Assembly: GCA_963813715.1 (NCBI GenBank)
Contig: CAWFAK010000008.1
Coordinates: 512,001-576,000 of the forward strand
Length of the DNA stretch: 64,000 bases
Direction of reading: 5' to 3'
Source: an uncultured Planctomycetaceae bacterium
GTDB taxonomy: Bacteria > Planctomycetota > Planctomycetia > Planctomycetales > Planctomycetaceae
The position numbers were made by a program, and so were the translations under genes. This document shows, one piece after another, positions 1 through 11,984 of the stretch. The notes beneath the pieces were generated by a model. That model worked only from the letters and a program-made list of their open reading frames with translations. It made no database searches and was not told the origin of the DNA. The first letter of the stretch is position 1; each line of letters opens with the position of its first letter.

Positions 1-1253
1 AATAGCGCGGCGCCTGCTGGGCCAGGCCGTTATAGTCGTCGATCTCTTCGCTAAAGATCTCGTTGCGAATGAGGGCCACGACCGCGAACGCCCCCAGGTT
101 CATGAACATGTAGACGACCAGGTAGTAAAGCAGCCCCTCGATCGGCGCGCGTCACGTTGAACGACACGTCGACGTTGGGGACTTTGGGGCCGTTGGCGAT
201 CACCATCATCGCGGAGACGGCCATCAGCATGTAGCCGGCATGCGCAATGGTGGAGTAGGCCAACAGCCGCTTGACGTTGCGTTGCGAATAGGCGGCCAGG
301 TTGCCGAAGGTCGCCGTGAGCGCGGCCACCATCCCCAGTCCGAGCCCCAACGCGTAGTTGAGGTGCGTCAGTCCTTCGACGTGCTCGCCGATCAGGATGT
401 GGCAGAAACGGATCAAGAGGGCAAACGCGGCCGCCTTCGACGCGACCGACAGATAGCCGGCCACTTCGGCCGCGGCGCCCTCGAACGCGTCCGGGCACCA
501 GAAGTGGAACGGCACGATCGACAGCTTGAACGCCAGCCCCACGAAGACCATCAAGGCCCCCAACAGGACCGTGCGGACGGTGGCGTCCTTCATCCCCGCG
601 GTGCCGACCACCTGGTCGAGGTTGGCGGCCATCTCGGTGAAGTTGGGCGTTCCCAACAGGCCGGCCATCAGGCTGATGCCGTAAAGCATGACGCCCGCGG
701 CCCCGGCCCCGTAGACCACGAACTTGAGCGACGCTTCGCTGCTCTTGGGGCGGCCCTTGAGGAACCCGACCATCGCGTAGCTGGGAACGCTGGCCATCTC
801 GACGCCCAGGAACAGGATCAGCAGGTTGTTGGCACTGGCCATCAGCAACATGCCGAGCGTGGCGCCGAAGAGCAGCGTGTAGAAATCGGGGCCGTCCTCG
901 TAGTCGGGAATGCCGGAGATGGCCGTCAGCGCCGTCACGAAGATCAGGAACGTCGTCAGGAACAGGCGGAAGAAGACGGTGAACTGATCGAAGACCAACA
1001 AGCCGGTGAACAGTTTCTGGCTCGTCTGCGTGCCCTGGAGCAGGTTGTAGTACTCGGCGGCCGCGAACCCAAGTGCGACTAAACCCCCCAAGAGGGCGAT
1101 GGCGACCGGGCGAATCAACCGGTCCAGGCTGATGAGCCGAAACAAGAGCAGGACGACGATCGTGGCGCAGATCGTCAGCTCGGGCGCGAACAAGAACAAC
1201 GACTTGCCGGTCGTGTCTCGCATCAAGGCGTCGAGCAGAGTTTCAAAATTCAT
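1..1253 (-). CDS. nuoN: NADH-quinone oxidoreductase subunit N (runs off the left edge; apparent frameshift near ~140)
   Basis: Motifs EASLKF, GLAFKLSIVPFHFWCPDAFEGA, KRLLAYSTIAHAGY; lies directly downstream of nuoM. The reading continues in another frame (LLYYLVVYMFMNLGAF). Confidence 0.93.
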
Positions 1254-1333
1254 CGGGCACTCAGCGTTTCGTCGTCATCCGAGCGGTGATTGGCGGCTGG
1301 TGATTCGGGCTCGTGAAATTGTTCTACGGAGGG

Positions 1334-2947
1334 TCAGTGCTGAATCATCGCCTGGGCCGTGCCGGCCGCGTGCAGGGCGTTCTGATACCCCACGTCCAGC
1401 TGCGTCACCAGCTGGTCGATCGACCCGTGCATCACGTCCAGCATGAAGTTGGGATAAACGCCCAGCAGGATGGCGAACGCCAACAACGTAACGCCCACGG
1501 CCGTCTCGCGACCGTTGATCGGCACGATGCCTTCGCGGTGGGGACCTTTGTATTCCGCGCCGAGGTAAACCCGCTGGATGGCCCAGAGGATATATCCGGC
1601 GGTCAGGATCACACCCGAGGCGGCGATGATCGCCAAGAGCGGCGAGAAGTTCCAGGAGCTGAGCACGACGAAGATTTCGCCGATGAAGCCGCACATCCCA
1701 GGCAGCCCCAGGCCGGCGAAGAAAATGCCGACGGCCAGCGCCGAATACAGAGGCATCAACCCCATCAGCCCGCCGAACTGGTTCAGGTCACGGTGATGGA
1801 CGCGGTCGTAAATCACGCCGACCATAAAGAACATGCCGGCCGACGAGATGCCGTGCGCGAGCATCTGGAACATCGCGCCGTTCATCCCCATCGTCCAGTA
1901 GTACTTGCCGACGGCCGAACCGCCCGCCTCGCTGATCTTCCAGACGGCGATGCCCAGAATGACGTAGCCCATGTGACTGACGGAGCTATAGGCAACCATC
2001 CGCTTGAAGTCGGTCTGGGCCATCGCGGCAAACGCTCCGTAGATGATGCTTCCCGCCCCGATCACGACCAGCGCGTAAGCCGCGTACTGGGCGCCGTAGG
2101 GACAAATCGGGAAGGCGATGCGGAGGATGCCGTATCCGCCCATCTTCAGGAGCACGCCGGCCAGGATCATGCTGATGGGAGTCGGCGCTTCGACGTGGGC
2201 ATCGGGCAACCACGTGTGGAAGGGCACGGTCGGCACTTTGATCGCAAAGCCGATAAAGAGCAGGATGAACGCCGTGATCTGGATGGTCGGGCTGAAGGCG
2301 GCCTTCGCCACCAGTCCCTGGCCGATTCGCGACAGCTCGATGATGTCGAAGGTTTGGGTGGGACTGCCGAAGTAGAACATCAGGATGGCGATCAGCATCA
2401 ACACGCCGCCGACCAGCGTATAGAGGAAGAACTTGATCGCCGCGTATTCCTTCCGCGGTCCGCCCCACACGCCGATCAGGAAGTACATCGGCAGGAGCAT
2501 CACTTCCCAGAACACGTAGAACAGGAAGAAGTCGAGCGCCAGGAAGACGCCCAACATGCCCGTCTCCAGGATCAAAAACAGGATCAGGTAACCCTTCACC
2601 TGCTTCTTGATGCTCCACGAGGCCAGCATGGCCAGCATGCAGATGAAGCTGGTCAAGAGCACCAGCGGCAGGCTGATGCCGTCGTAGCCGAGCTGATAGT
2701 AGATATGCCAGGCGGCGATCCACGGGATCTTGATGCCGACGCCGCCCTCCGTCACCGGCTGGATGCCGGCGACGTCGTAGCGGAAATCCTTGAACAAAAA
2801 GAGCGTGAAGATGAAGGTCGCAACCGTGATCACCAGGGAGAAGACCCGCATCGGCTCTTCGTCGCGCTTGTTGAATCCCAGCGCGAGAATCAGCGCGCCG
2901 ACGGTCGGCAGGAAAATGATCGTCGAAAGCAACATCGCGGGAGTCAT
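1334..2947 (-). CDS. nuoM: NADH-quinone oxidoreductase subunit M
   Basis: GYDGISLPLV, FYVFWEVMLLPMYFLIGVWGG, FAIKVPTVPFHTWLPDAHVEAP, LKMGGYG; probable start MTPAM at 2947. Confidence 0.96.
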   Translation of the reverse strand: MTPAMLLSTIIFLPTVGALILALGFNKRDEEPMRVFSLVITVATFIFTLFLFKDFRYDVAGIQPVTEGGVGIKIPWIAAWHIYYQLGYDGISLPLVLLTSFICMLAMLASWSIKKQVKGYLILFLILETGMLGVFLALDFFLFYVFWEVMLLPMYFLIGVWGGPRKEYAAIKFFLYTLVGGVLMLIAILMFYFGSPTQTFDIIELSRIGQGLVAKAAFSPTIQITAFILLFIGFAIKVPTVPFHTWLPDAHVEAPTPISMILAGVLLKMGGYGILRIAFPICPYGAQYAAYALVVIGAGSIIYGAFAAMAQTDFKRMVAYSSVSHMGYVILGIAVWKISEAGGSAVGKYYWTMGMNGAMFQMLAHGISSAGMFFMVGVIYDRVHHRDLNQFGGLMGLMPLYSALAVGIFFAGLGLPGMCGFIGEIFVVLSSWNFSPLLAIIAASGVILTAGYILWAIQRVYLGAEYKGPHREGIVPINGRETAVGVTLLAFAILLGVYPNFMLDVMHGSIDQLVTQLDVGYQNALHAAGTAQAMIQH

Positions 2948-3030
2948 GAGTTCTTCCGAATTTTTCCTGACCCGCGCCGGCGCGGGAGATTTTCTTCTGT
3001 CCAACTCGAGAAGCGAAACGAATCAATCCG

Positions 3031-5411
3031 CTATTGCGGGAAAAACATCATCAACAACATGAACAGGGCGACCACGCCGATCGCGATGAACATCACGTAT
3101 TGCCGCAGGTTGCCCGTCTGAATCACGCGGAGCGAGCGGCCGACGGCGAAGATCGCATCGGCCAGGGTGTTGACCATGCCGTCGATCACGCCTTCGTCGA
3201 ACCGCCGGTCCAGCCGGGAAATGTCGATGGTGGCAAAGGTCAGGGCGTGGAGAAAACCGTCGATCACCACCCGGTCGAACGTCGCAAACCACCGCGACAC
3301 GATCAGCACCGGGCGGACGAACATCGCTTCATATAAGTGGTCAAACTGCCATTTCTCGACCAGGAATCCGTGCAGCCCCCGCAGCTGTCGGGCGATGTCG
3401 GCCGGGTCGACCACCCGCAGTCCGTAGATCAGGAAGGCGAGCAACAGGCCGGAGAACGCGGCGATCGAGCGCCAGCCCACCGGCGTCGGCGTGCACGGAG
3501 TGAATGGCCTCGTGGGCCGGCAGGACAATGCCGCTCGCTCCGCCCGCCACCCCCGCCGCCAATCCGGCCGGCTCGCTATGAATCAACAGCCGATAGAGCG
3601 GACCTTGTTCGCCGCCGACCGCCACGAAGATCGCGAAGACCGACAGCAAGCACAGCGGTCCGGTCATCACCCAGGGCGATTCCTTGGCGTGGTCGTAAAC
3701 GTGGGCGTCGCGCGGCTGGCCGGAGAACGTGAAGAACCACAGACGGAACATGTAGAAAGCGGTGATGCCCGCGGTCAGCAGCGGCACGAAGAACAACAGA
3801 AAGTGGACCGGGTTGGACTGGCGGAAGGCGAGCGCGCTCGCCACGATCGCGTCTTTCGAGTGGTAACCCGAGAAGGCGAAGGTCGTTCCCAACACGGGAA
3901 TTGCCAGGCCCGAGATGGCGATCACTCCCACCAGCATCGTGAGGGCGGTGATCGGCATCTTCCGCATCAGTCCGCCCATGCGGGACATGTCCTGCTCATG
4001 ATGGCAGCCGACAATCACGCTGCCAGAGGCGAGGAACATCAGTGACTTGAAGAACGCGTGCGTGATCAGGTGGAACAGCCCGGCACCCCAACCGCCGACG
4101 CCGATGCCCAGCATCATGTAGCCGAGTTGGCTGATCGTCGAGTACGCGAGCACGCGCTTGATGTCCGTGGCGACGACCGCAATCGTCGCCGCGACGAACA
4201 GCGTCACGCAGCCGACGTAGGCGATCGTCAGCAACACCTCGGGCGTAAACATCGGGAAGAAACGTCCGGCCAGGTAAACGCCGGCGGCGACCATCGTCGC
4301 GGAGTGCACCAGGGCCGAAACGGGCGTCGGTCCCTCCATCGCGTCGGGGAGCCACGTTTGCAGCGGGAACTGGGCGCTCTTGCCCACGCAGCCCCCGAAC
4401 ACACCCAGGCCCGCCACAACCAACAGCAGATACGGGATCTGCGTGTGCTGTTTCGTGGGATCGTGCAGACGGACGACGTTTTCGACCGGGTCGACGGTCA
4501 GTTCGCCATGGGGACCTCGCAGCATCTCGAACAGGCCGGGCTGCTCGACGCCGTCGACCTGGTGCGTGGAAAACTGGAACGTGCCGAAATAGGTCCAGAG
4601 CACCATCAGCCCGATCAGGAAGCCGAAGTCGCCCACGCGGTTCATGATGAACGCTTTGTTGGCGGCCGTGCTGGCCGAACGGCGTTCGACGTAGAACCCG
4701 ATCAGGAAGTAGCTGCAGATGCCCACCAGCTCCCAGAAGATGAAGACCTGGAAAATGTTCCCCGCAAGGACCAGGCCCAGCATCGAGAAGCAGAAGAGCG
4801 ACATGTACGCGAAGAAGCGGTAATACCGGCCCGGGCGGTGCAGGTGACCGCCGTCGGCCATGTGCACCTGATGGTCGGCGTAGTTGTCGGTCAGCTCGTC
4901 GCTCATGTAGCCGATCGCGAAGATGTGAATGCAGGTGGCGATCAGCGTCACCATCATGAACATCACGAGCGTCAGGCTGTCGATGTAATAGTCGAGCGAG
5001 ACGATCAGGTTGCCGAAGCGCGCCAGCGTGTAGAACGAGCCGGAAAAGTAAGTTCGGGCCGGCAGGCTCGACGGTTCGGCCGTGGCGTGACCCTCGGCCG
5101 CATGCTGTTCAGCCGCCGCGGCTTCGCCGGGGCCGGGCGGTTGCTGGGCCACCTCGTGATGCGCCGTGTTCCTCGTGTTGCGTGAGGGCGGCCCAGTTGG
5201 TGCGGTTGCCCCAGACCGTGAACGCCGTCACGCTCGCGCAGAAGCCGAGGAAGATGCAGAGCACGGCCAGGTAAGCGGCCGCTTTGCTTTTCCGCGACGA
5301 CCAGTAGCCGCCGAAGATCTCGATGGCGAAGCCGGCCAGCGGCGCCAGCCAGGCAAAGGCCAGCAGCAGCTTCAGCGTGTGGCTGGTTGACTCGTAAAGT
5401 TCCGCGTTCAT
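3031..5411 (-). CDS. nuoL: NADH-quinone oxidoreductase subunit L (two apparent frameshifts, ~5150 and ~3470)
   Basis: Joined from ORFs 5109-5411, 3341-5152 and 3031-3528: FWELVGICSYFLIGF, NRVGDFG, GKSAQFPLQTWLPDAMEGPTPVSAL, IQTGNLRQY. Confidence 0.95.
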
Positions 5412-5471
5412 CGCGTTTTGGTCTTCACTGGTCAGGCAGGGCCCGTTCAGGACCGGCGGCCGCCAATCCGG

Positions 5472-5789
5472 TTAGCCCTGCAACTCGTCGCCCCGATCGA
5501 CGTCGATCGACGAATGGTTGTTGTAAAAGTTCAGCACGATGGCCAGGGCCACCGCGGCCTCCGCCGCCGCCAGCACGATCACGAACAGCGAGATCACTTG
5601 CCCGTCGATCCCCAGCCGCGTGTACCGCGAAAAGGCGACGAAGTTGACGTTGGCCCCATTCAGCACCAGCTCGACACCCATCAGCACGCCGATGCCGTTG
5701 CGCTTGGTCGCCATGCAGATCACGCCGCTGACGAACAGCACGCCGGCCACCAGCAAGTACCACGACAGGGGCAAACTATCCATGACCAT
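5472..5789 (-). CDS. nuoK: NADH-quinone oxidoreductase subunit K
   Basis: MGVELVLNGANVNFVAF, GQVISLFVIVLAAAEAAVALA; ~100 aa; start at 5789 or 5783. Confidence 0.95.
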   Translation of the reverse strand: MVMDSLPLSWYLLVAGVLFVSGVICMATKRNGIGVLMGVELVLNGANVNFVAFSRYTRLGIDGQVISLFVIVLAAAEAAVALAIVLNFYNNHSSIDVDRGDELQG

Positions 5790-5850
5790 CAATCCAGACT
5801 GTCGAACTCGATTTCGCGAGGCCCGGCGGCCGTCGCGTCCGCCATCAGCG

Positions 5851-6495
5851 TCACGATCCGAACGAGCGGGCGGAGCCGTTAGGCCCCACTCCCGCGCGGG
5901 CCGGCGCATCGATCCGACGCTTGGCACGCGCGAGGTAGGCGGCCCCGATCAGGACCACGAGCAAGTGCACCGACACAATTTCAAACGGCAGCAGATAGCC
6001 GGAACTCAGCTCTTTTCGTTGCGTTCCCAGATCGTCCAGGCTCAGTCCGAGCAGTTTCATGCCGATCGGCCGCACGGTGTTTCCCTCGCCGGGCGGGTTG
6101 TAGCCCTGTCCGACTTGTTCGGTGCCGCCGCGGGGAGCCATCTTCGTCCAATCGACCACGAAGACCGTCGAATAAATCACCGAGAGCAAGAACAGGCCGA
6201 CGCCGCTGGCCAGCACCAGTCTCGCCCGCCGACGCGCGAATCCGCACATAAGGGCCGCTGGCGGTGAGCATGACGCCGAAAATCAGCAGCACCACGGTGC
6301 CGCCGACGTAGATCAAGAGCTGCGTGGCTCCCGACGAAGTCGGCCCGCAACAGGAAGAACAGGCCGGAAGTCGAGCCGAGTGAAACGATCAGCCAGAAGG
6401 CCATCCGCGCCACGTTCTGACTGAAGACCACGGCCAGCGCCCCACCGCAGGTCGCGGCTGCAAAGATCAAAAACAAGAATCTCGGCGCCGTTCAT
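5851..6495 (-). CDS. nuoJ: NADH-quinone oxidoreductase subunit J (several apparent frameshifts)
   Basis: Pieces: GALAVVFSQNVARMAFWL, IYVGGTVVLLIFGVML, YLLPFEIVSVHLLVVLIGA; its ATG (6495) overlaps the nuoH stop. Confidence 0.9.
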
Positions 6496-7766
6496 GGGCG
6501 GGCACCTTTGGCGACTGCAACCGTATGGACGGTCGCCCCGAATCGCACCGGTTCGGTCGCCACCACGCGCCGCGGCACGCTGTCGCCCAGCGGACGCTTG
6601 GGCAGCCAGGTTGTCTCGCCGCCATGAAGGTAAGCCAAGGCCAGCGGCCAGACCGCGGCGCCCAGGAACAAGAAGCAGCTGATCGGCACAAGATACTTCA
6701 AACAAGTCGTCATCACCTGGTCGATCCGCAGGCGGGGCAACGTCCACCGCAACCACATCTGCACGAAGATCAGCACCGTGCCTTTGGCCGTGATCACTGC
6801 GAGGCCGAAGACGTTGGCCAGATAACGGGCCGCGTCGAAGCTCTGGCTCGGATTTTCCCGCAGCGGTCGCAGGAGATAGTCGTCAAACCACAGGCCCGTG
6901 TGCCAGGCCCCCAGAAATAGCACCGAGGCCACCATGCTCACCACGAACATGCTGGCGTATTCCGCCAGGAAGAAGAACGACCATCGCATCCCGCTATATT
7001 CGGTGTGGAAACCACCGACTAGCTCGCTCTCGGCCTCGGCCAGGTCGAAGGGAGCCCGCTTACAACTGGCCGTCGCCACCGTGAAGTACATGAAACAGGA
7101 GAGGAACGTAAACGGGTCGTGGAAGATGAGCCAGTTCCAAAACCCGCCCCGCTGCATCTCGCCGATTTCGTTCAGGTTGAGCGTGCCGGTGGCGATGATC
7201 GGGATCAACGCGCAGATGGCCAGCGGAATTTCATAACTCACCATCTGGGCCGCTTCGCGCATGCCGCCGAAGAGCGACCACTTCGATCCGCTCGAATAGC
7301 CGGCCAGGATGATGCCGAAAACTTCGAGCGAGAGAAACGCCAGTAAGAGGAAGAGTCCGACGTCGGCCGCCACCGAGACCCACCCGTCGCTAAAGGGCAG
7401 CAGGATATAGGCGGCGAACGAGGCGATGCAGACCATGAACGGGGCCATGCGGAACAGGAGCGGGTCGGCGTCTTTCGGGCAGAGGTCTTCCTTTTGGATC
7501 AGCTTCACGCCGTCCGCCAGACTCTGCAGCCAGCCGAACCTTCCGCCGACGCGCGTCGGTCCGAGGCGATCTTGAATACGTCCCGACACCTTGCGTTCCA
7601 GCCAAATGAAGGCGAACGCCGACAGTCCGAACACGTTGAACAGCAGCACGGCATGAATTAGCGCAGCCAGCGCAAAGGCAGCCCCGGGGCTCAGTGTGCC
7701 AAGACCGGGAATATGCAACCCGGTTAGTGTACCGCCGATCGAGTCGGCGGCAAGAAGACTGGTCAT
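6492..7766 (-). CDS. nuoH: NADH-quinone oxidoreductase subunit H
   Basis: WLERKVSGRIQDRLGP, QSLADGVKLIQKED, RAPFDLAEAESELVGGFHTEYSG, RWTLPRLRIDQ. Confidence 0.97.
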   Translation of the reverse strand: MTSLLAADSIGGTLTGLHIPGLGTLSPGAAFALAALIHAVLLFNVFGLSAFAFIWLERKVSGRIQDRLGPTRVGGRFGWLQSLADGVKLIQKEDLCPKDADPLLFRMAPFMVCIASFAAYILLPFSDGWVSVAADVGLFLLLAFLSLEVFGIILAGYSSGSKWSLFGGMREAAQMVSYEIPLAICALIPIIATGTLNLNEIGEMQRGGFWNWLIFHDPFTFLSCFMYFTVATASCKRAPFDLAEAESELVGGFHTEYSGMRWSFFFLAEYASMFVVSMVASVLFLGAWHTGLWFDDYLLRPLRENPSQSFDAARYLANVFGLAVITAKGTVLIFVQMWLRWTLPRLRIDQVMTTCLKYLVPISCFLFLGAAVWPLALAYLHGGETTWLPKRPLGDSVPRRVVATEPVRFGATVHTVAVAKGARP

Positions 7767-8074
7767 CGAGCTTTCGACCTATGTCCGCGGCAAAATCCCT
7801 GCGGCGCCGTCTGCGAAACCGCTTCGTCCCTGCGCTCCGCCAGCGCCTCGGGCCGCTGACGGCCAGGCTGGAAAGCGTGAACTATGACAAATGGCTAAGC
7901 GGTATTCAAGCGACCGAAAGGCCGTTCTCGACAAGGTCGTTTGATCGATAAATCTCCTGAGAAAACGGCCTCAAAACGGTCAAAATTGCCCGGCCAAGCC
8001 GGCCTGTTTCTCAAAACTGAGAGCGAGAAAACCCGGTCGCGGAAACTTGAGGCGTCGATGACGTCGCCTTAGAG

Positions 8075-8648
8075 CTACGCGGGCCGGCCGAGATAAGTCT
8101 TCCGCTTCGTTTGGCCAACGTGCGCGCGGTCGGGCCGCTCTTCGATGAGTTGTTCGGCGGGCACCATGTGGAACGAGACGACGACCCAGTTTCCTTCCGG
8201 CACAACGCACTGATGCCAGACGTTGTCGGGGATCGAAATCCAACGGCGTTCAAGTGTGGCAGTCGCATCGCTGACGAGCGGGTGCGAGTGCCAGCGCGGG
8301 GCCGCCGGTCGGGGCGTCGCCGGCCGCCAGATCGCCCGTTTGAATGTCGCCGATCCCTCGATAGGACATCATCCGTTGCCGGCTGTTCGGATGGCGTTCG
8401 GCGCCGGTCGCAGTTTGCGAGCGAAGGATGAAGACCCAGCTCGATTGGAGGAACGGCGGCAACGACGGGCCGTAGATCGCCAGCGGCAGCGGCTCCCAGC
8501 CCATCATAGCCGTCGGGGCTCCGGCCAGCTTGCGTCCGACGCGTTCGACGACCGGCTCAATCGCCGCGCGAACGCTCGGCGAACGCAGCAAGGCATCGAG
8601 CGATTCCAGGATCGATCGCTCTTGGCTCGAAGTATCGGCGGCGTCCAC
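8075..8648 (-). CDS. Hypothetical protein, possible cupin-like metal-binding fold (frameshift ~8300)
   Basis: ORF 8250-8648 (AERHPNSRQRMMSYRGIG) continues in another frame as RWHSHPL...WISIPDNVWHQCVV...WVVVSFH to a TAG near 8075. The H..SxQ and IP..WH motifs resemble cupin motifs 1 and 2. Confidence 0.55.
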
Positions 8649-8669
8649 GGGAAGCTCCCTGTTGGCGAG

Positions 8670-9110
8670 TTATGCGGCGGCGGCGTAGTTCCAATCGTTC
8701 CGGATTTCGTCTCGGATCGGCTTGCGCCAGAGCCAGATGACCAGAAACACCGGCCAGGCGGCCAACGCGAACGGCACCGCGACAAAGTACGCGCCTTGCA
8801 GGACGTCCGGCTGTCGAGACCAGTTGTAGGTGGTCGCCATCACTACGACACCCAGCACGAGCGTGAGTTCGCCCAGAAGCAGGTACGAGCCGCTCAAGAG
8901 GGCGACCCGACCCCACGACTGCTGCAACAGCACGCCGATGCCGCCTGCCAGAATCCACGCCGAGAGCGCAACCTGCACCAAGTCGCGCCCCGTGATCGAG
9001 TGCCATTGCTGCCCCACCGAGAGACCGCCGTAGGCGAGCCCATAGAGAATCGAAATCATGCCGACCGGCACGGGCCAATGGGAGCGCGGATCTGGGGGAG
9101 CGGACGTCAT
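8670..9110 (-). CDS. Small membrane protein (about 4 TM segments)
   Basis: MTSAPP start; four hydrophobic stretches. Confidence 0.65.
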   Translation of the reverse strand: MTSAPPDPRSHWPVPVGMISILYGLAYGGLSVGQQWHSITGRDLVQVALSAWILAGGIGVLLQQSWGRVALLSGSYLLLGELTLVLGVVVMATTYNWSRQPDVLQGAYFVAVPFALAAWPVFLVIWLWRKPIRDEIRNDWNYAAAA

Positions 9111-9126
9111 CAAACGCGCGGGTCTC

Positions 9127-11649
9127 TCAATCGTTAGCGGAGAATAACACGCCCGTGGCCGGCCCGCTGGAGTCGAAATACAGCGTCCATACTTTCGACT
9201 GCGCACCGTAACGCGCGTCCCCGCTGTGGAGCGCTCGCTCGGCCGCATTCCGCACGGTCGCGAAAGAGTCCTGTCGCAACGGCTCGAGCGCTGTGCGTAC
9301 GGTGGCGTCGGAAATGCCAAGCAGCCCGAGCGCGTCGGCCGCGGCGGCCCGCACTTCGGCGAAGTCGTCTTTGGTCGCCGCCAGTAGCCGATCGGTCACT
9401 GCCGCGCGGTACTCGCTGCTGCCTGCGGCGATGCGTGCGAGCGCCAGGCAGGCGGTCGCGCGCGTGCGGACGTAGCGCGAATTGAGCCGCGCGGCGACGA
9501 CCGGCACGGCCGCCCGCGCCGGCGGTCCGAAAGTCGCCAGCAGGCGCACCAGTTCCCCGTTGTCGCCGTCACCGCGGGCCAGGCTCCTGATGATGTGGGG
9601 AATTGCAGACTCGGCCTTTTTGCCCAGCTGGAACATCAGGAACGCTCCCGCCTGGCGCGTGGACTGACGATCGGATTCGAGCAGATGGACAATCCCTGGC
9701 AGCGCAGGTCGCCCAGTGAAACCAGGGCCCCCGTGTTGAAGCCGGCGAATTGTTCCGTGCTCTCCATCTCCAGCAGGAAGGGCAGGCATTCAGCAGTCGG
9801 TCCAATCTTTTCGATGGCCTGGATCAGCGCCAGCGGGCTGTCCACACGACCGCGCATCTCGTTGGAGAGCAGGACGGGCAGCGCGTCGCGGGCGGCAGGC
9901 CCCAGCCGGCTGAGGCAGGCGATGACCGCGTTCAGCCGTTCACCGGTGATCTCGCGATCGCGGAGCTTGCCAAGCAGCGCGGGGAGAGCCGCCTTCGCAC
10001 ACTTCGCGAGGCAGGCGGCAGCGGGCTCGTTCCCCGGATCGGGAAACGGCATAGTGCGCGGGGGACACATGTGCTCGATCAGGATCGGTAGACACGGCGT
10101 CAGCGCGTCGCCGGAACAGTTCGTCGATGCCAGCTCCAACAGCAGCGAAACATAGTGCCAGCTGCGGTCGCGCTCGACCGCGGCACGGCGAATCTCGGCG
10201 ATCAGTCGCTTGTCGAAGTCCTTTTGTGGGGAGACGAAATCGGGGAGGCCGAAGACCTGGTTTTGATGCAAGAACTGGCACAGCGTCGGAAATCCTTTTT
10301 CGCCCATCAGGTAAGTGGCAAGGGCGCCATAGTGCTGCAACATTTCGTCCTTGGATCGCACCTTCTGCTGGATCTCCGCCAGATTGACGGCGATCGCCGG
10401 ATCCTCGGGGGGTGTGCAGGCCAGCAGACCGGCAGCGACCCACCGCGCATGCTGACTTTTCCCTTCCCGAGCGATCTGGGCGAGTTGGGGAACGAAGGGC
10501 CTCACGCGCTGCGCGAGATCGCGCGAGGAATTCGGCGGCTTGGTAGGAAAACTCCAGTTGCGAGAGCAATCCGATTTCAGTCCGCATGACGTCGTCGGCG
10601 ACTGCGTCGAGGCTGATCAGCGCACTGGCCGCGCGGTCGCGGACGCCGGCATCGCGATCCGCGAGCAGGCTGCGCAATGCGGCCAACAGTTGCGAATCCT
10701 TCGTCCGATTGGCGGAGTAGACGACCGCGGTGACTTCGTCGACGAGGTTCGCCAGGCGATAGCCCTCAGCCAGCCGGTTAGCCACGACCTGATCGAAAAC
10801 CTTGAGCAGCGCCAAGGCACAGGCGGCTCGCACGCGGACGATCGGATTGCCGCTCGCCAGCCGTTTTCGCAACGGTTCGATGAGGGACGTTCCGCGCCGC
10901 ACGACTGCCGACACGGCAGCGCGTCCCACGGGAATGCTGAACATCAGACAGCCGCCGTTTGACTTCATCTCCGACTGGTCGGCGAGCAGCTCGAGTTCCC
11001 GCTCGGCGGTGCCGGAGATCGAGCAATTCGCCGCGGGACAATTCAGCGAGGCGAGCGCCGTCAGGCATCCCGCGCGAATCTGGGGATGCGAATCTTGCAG
11101 GCCCCGCGCGAGCGCGGGCAGCGCTGCGGGTCCAAATCGCATCAGCGATTGTTGGACCCTAAAGTCCGGAACCTGGTTGAATCGCAACACCAAGTCGTCG
11201 GCCGCGCTGACGGCGTCGTCCCCGATCTGCCCCAGCGCCGTAATCGCGGATTGCACGGCCAAGAAATCGGCGGTCCCTTCCTGGACGGGCCTTGCCAGCA
11301 GACCGCGCAAAGCGGGAACCGCGTTCTTCGCCTCCGGCCCCATCCGGCCGATCGCGTCGGCCGCCGCGGCACGGACGCGGGGCACGGGATCCTGCAGGCG
11401 GGCGATCAACTCGGGAAGGACGACTCGGTCGTCGGGGCCAATCTTGGAGAGGCAAGCGTTCGCCGTGACCCAGGCCGTCGGGATTTCGTCCGGATCGTCG
11501 ACCGGCTCGCGGAGCGCAAGGAGCCAGTCGTGGACGGCGTCCCTGCGGATTCGCCCGTCGTGCTTACCCGCCACGGCCGGCGTGACCAGTCGACGACAAG
11601 CAGCGAAAGCAAGAACGGCTCCGATCCCCACCCGGAGCGAAAGTCTCAT
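9127..11649 (-). CDS. HEAT-repeat (PBS lyase-like) protein with N-terminal signal (two apparent frameshifts)
   Basis: Repeats LQDPVPRVRAAAADAIGRMGPEAKNAVPAL, LQDSHPQIRAGCLTAL, DDFAEVRAAAADALG across ORFs 9940-11694, 9636-10505 and 9127-9789. Confidence 0.8.
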
Positions 11650-11753
11650 CACGCTCCTCCTGGCCGGATCATATCCGCGCGCACGGGCCCACAAAGATGC
11701 AGACGCGTCTCGCTGTTGCAGAGTTCCGCGAAACTCCCCGGACAGCGAACGCG

Positions 11754-11886
11754 TAGTCCGTCAATCGCTATTTGACAGGTATTGGGTGGCATGCCAACGG
11801 CTGGACGTGGGCATGTCCGCTGCGAAGCACGCATGCCCACTGAAACCGGTGGGCATGGCACCCGACAATTGCCGGTAGACACACAG
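11754..11886. repeat. Palindromic MITE/REP-like element, copy 1
   Basis: Nested palindrome GGGTGGCATGCC...GGCATGGCACCC; clearly similar to 29226-29360; imperfect terminal inverted repeats. Confidence 0.8.
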
Positions 11887-11984
11887 CGAGGCACTTCCGG
11901 CCGGGGCACATTAAAGTTGAGTCGACCGGCAGCGCTTGGCGGTCCGGTAAGCCAACGGTGTGACTTCACCTCTCCGATAAATCT

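Noticed and set aside
1313..3121. Long antisense ORFs (also 41004-42836, 14758-16023, 48531-49766)
   Set aside because: They mirror well-supported genes on the opposite strand, have no motifs, and are expected at high GC3.
11754..11886. CRISPR-like repeats
   Set aside because: Nested palindromes without regular repeat-spacer periodicity, and no cas genes.
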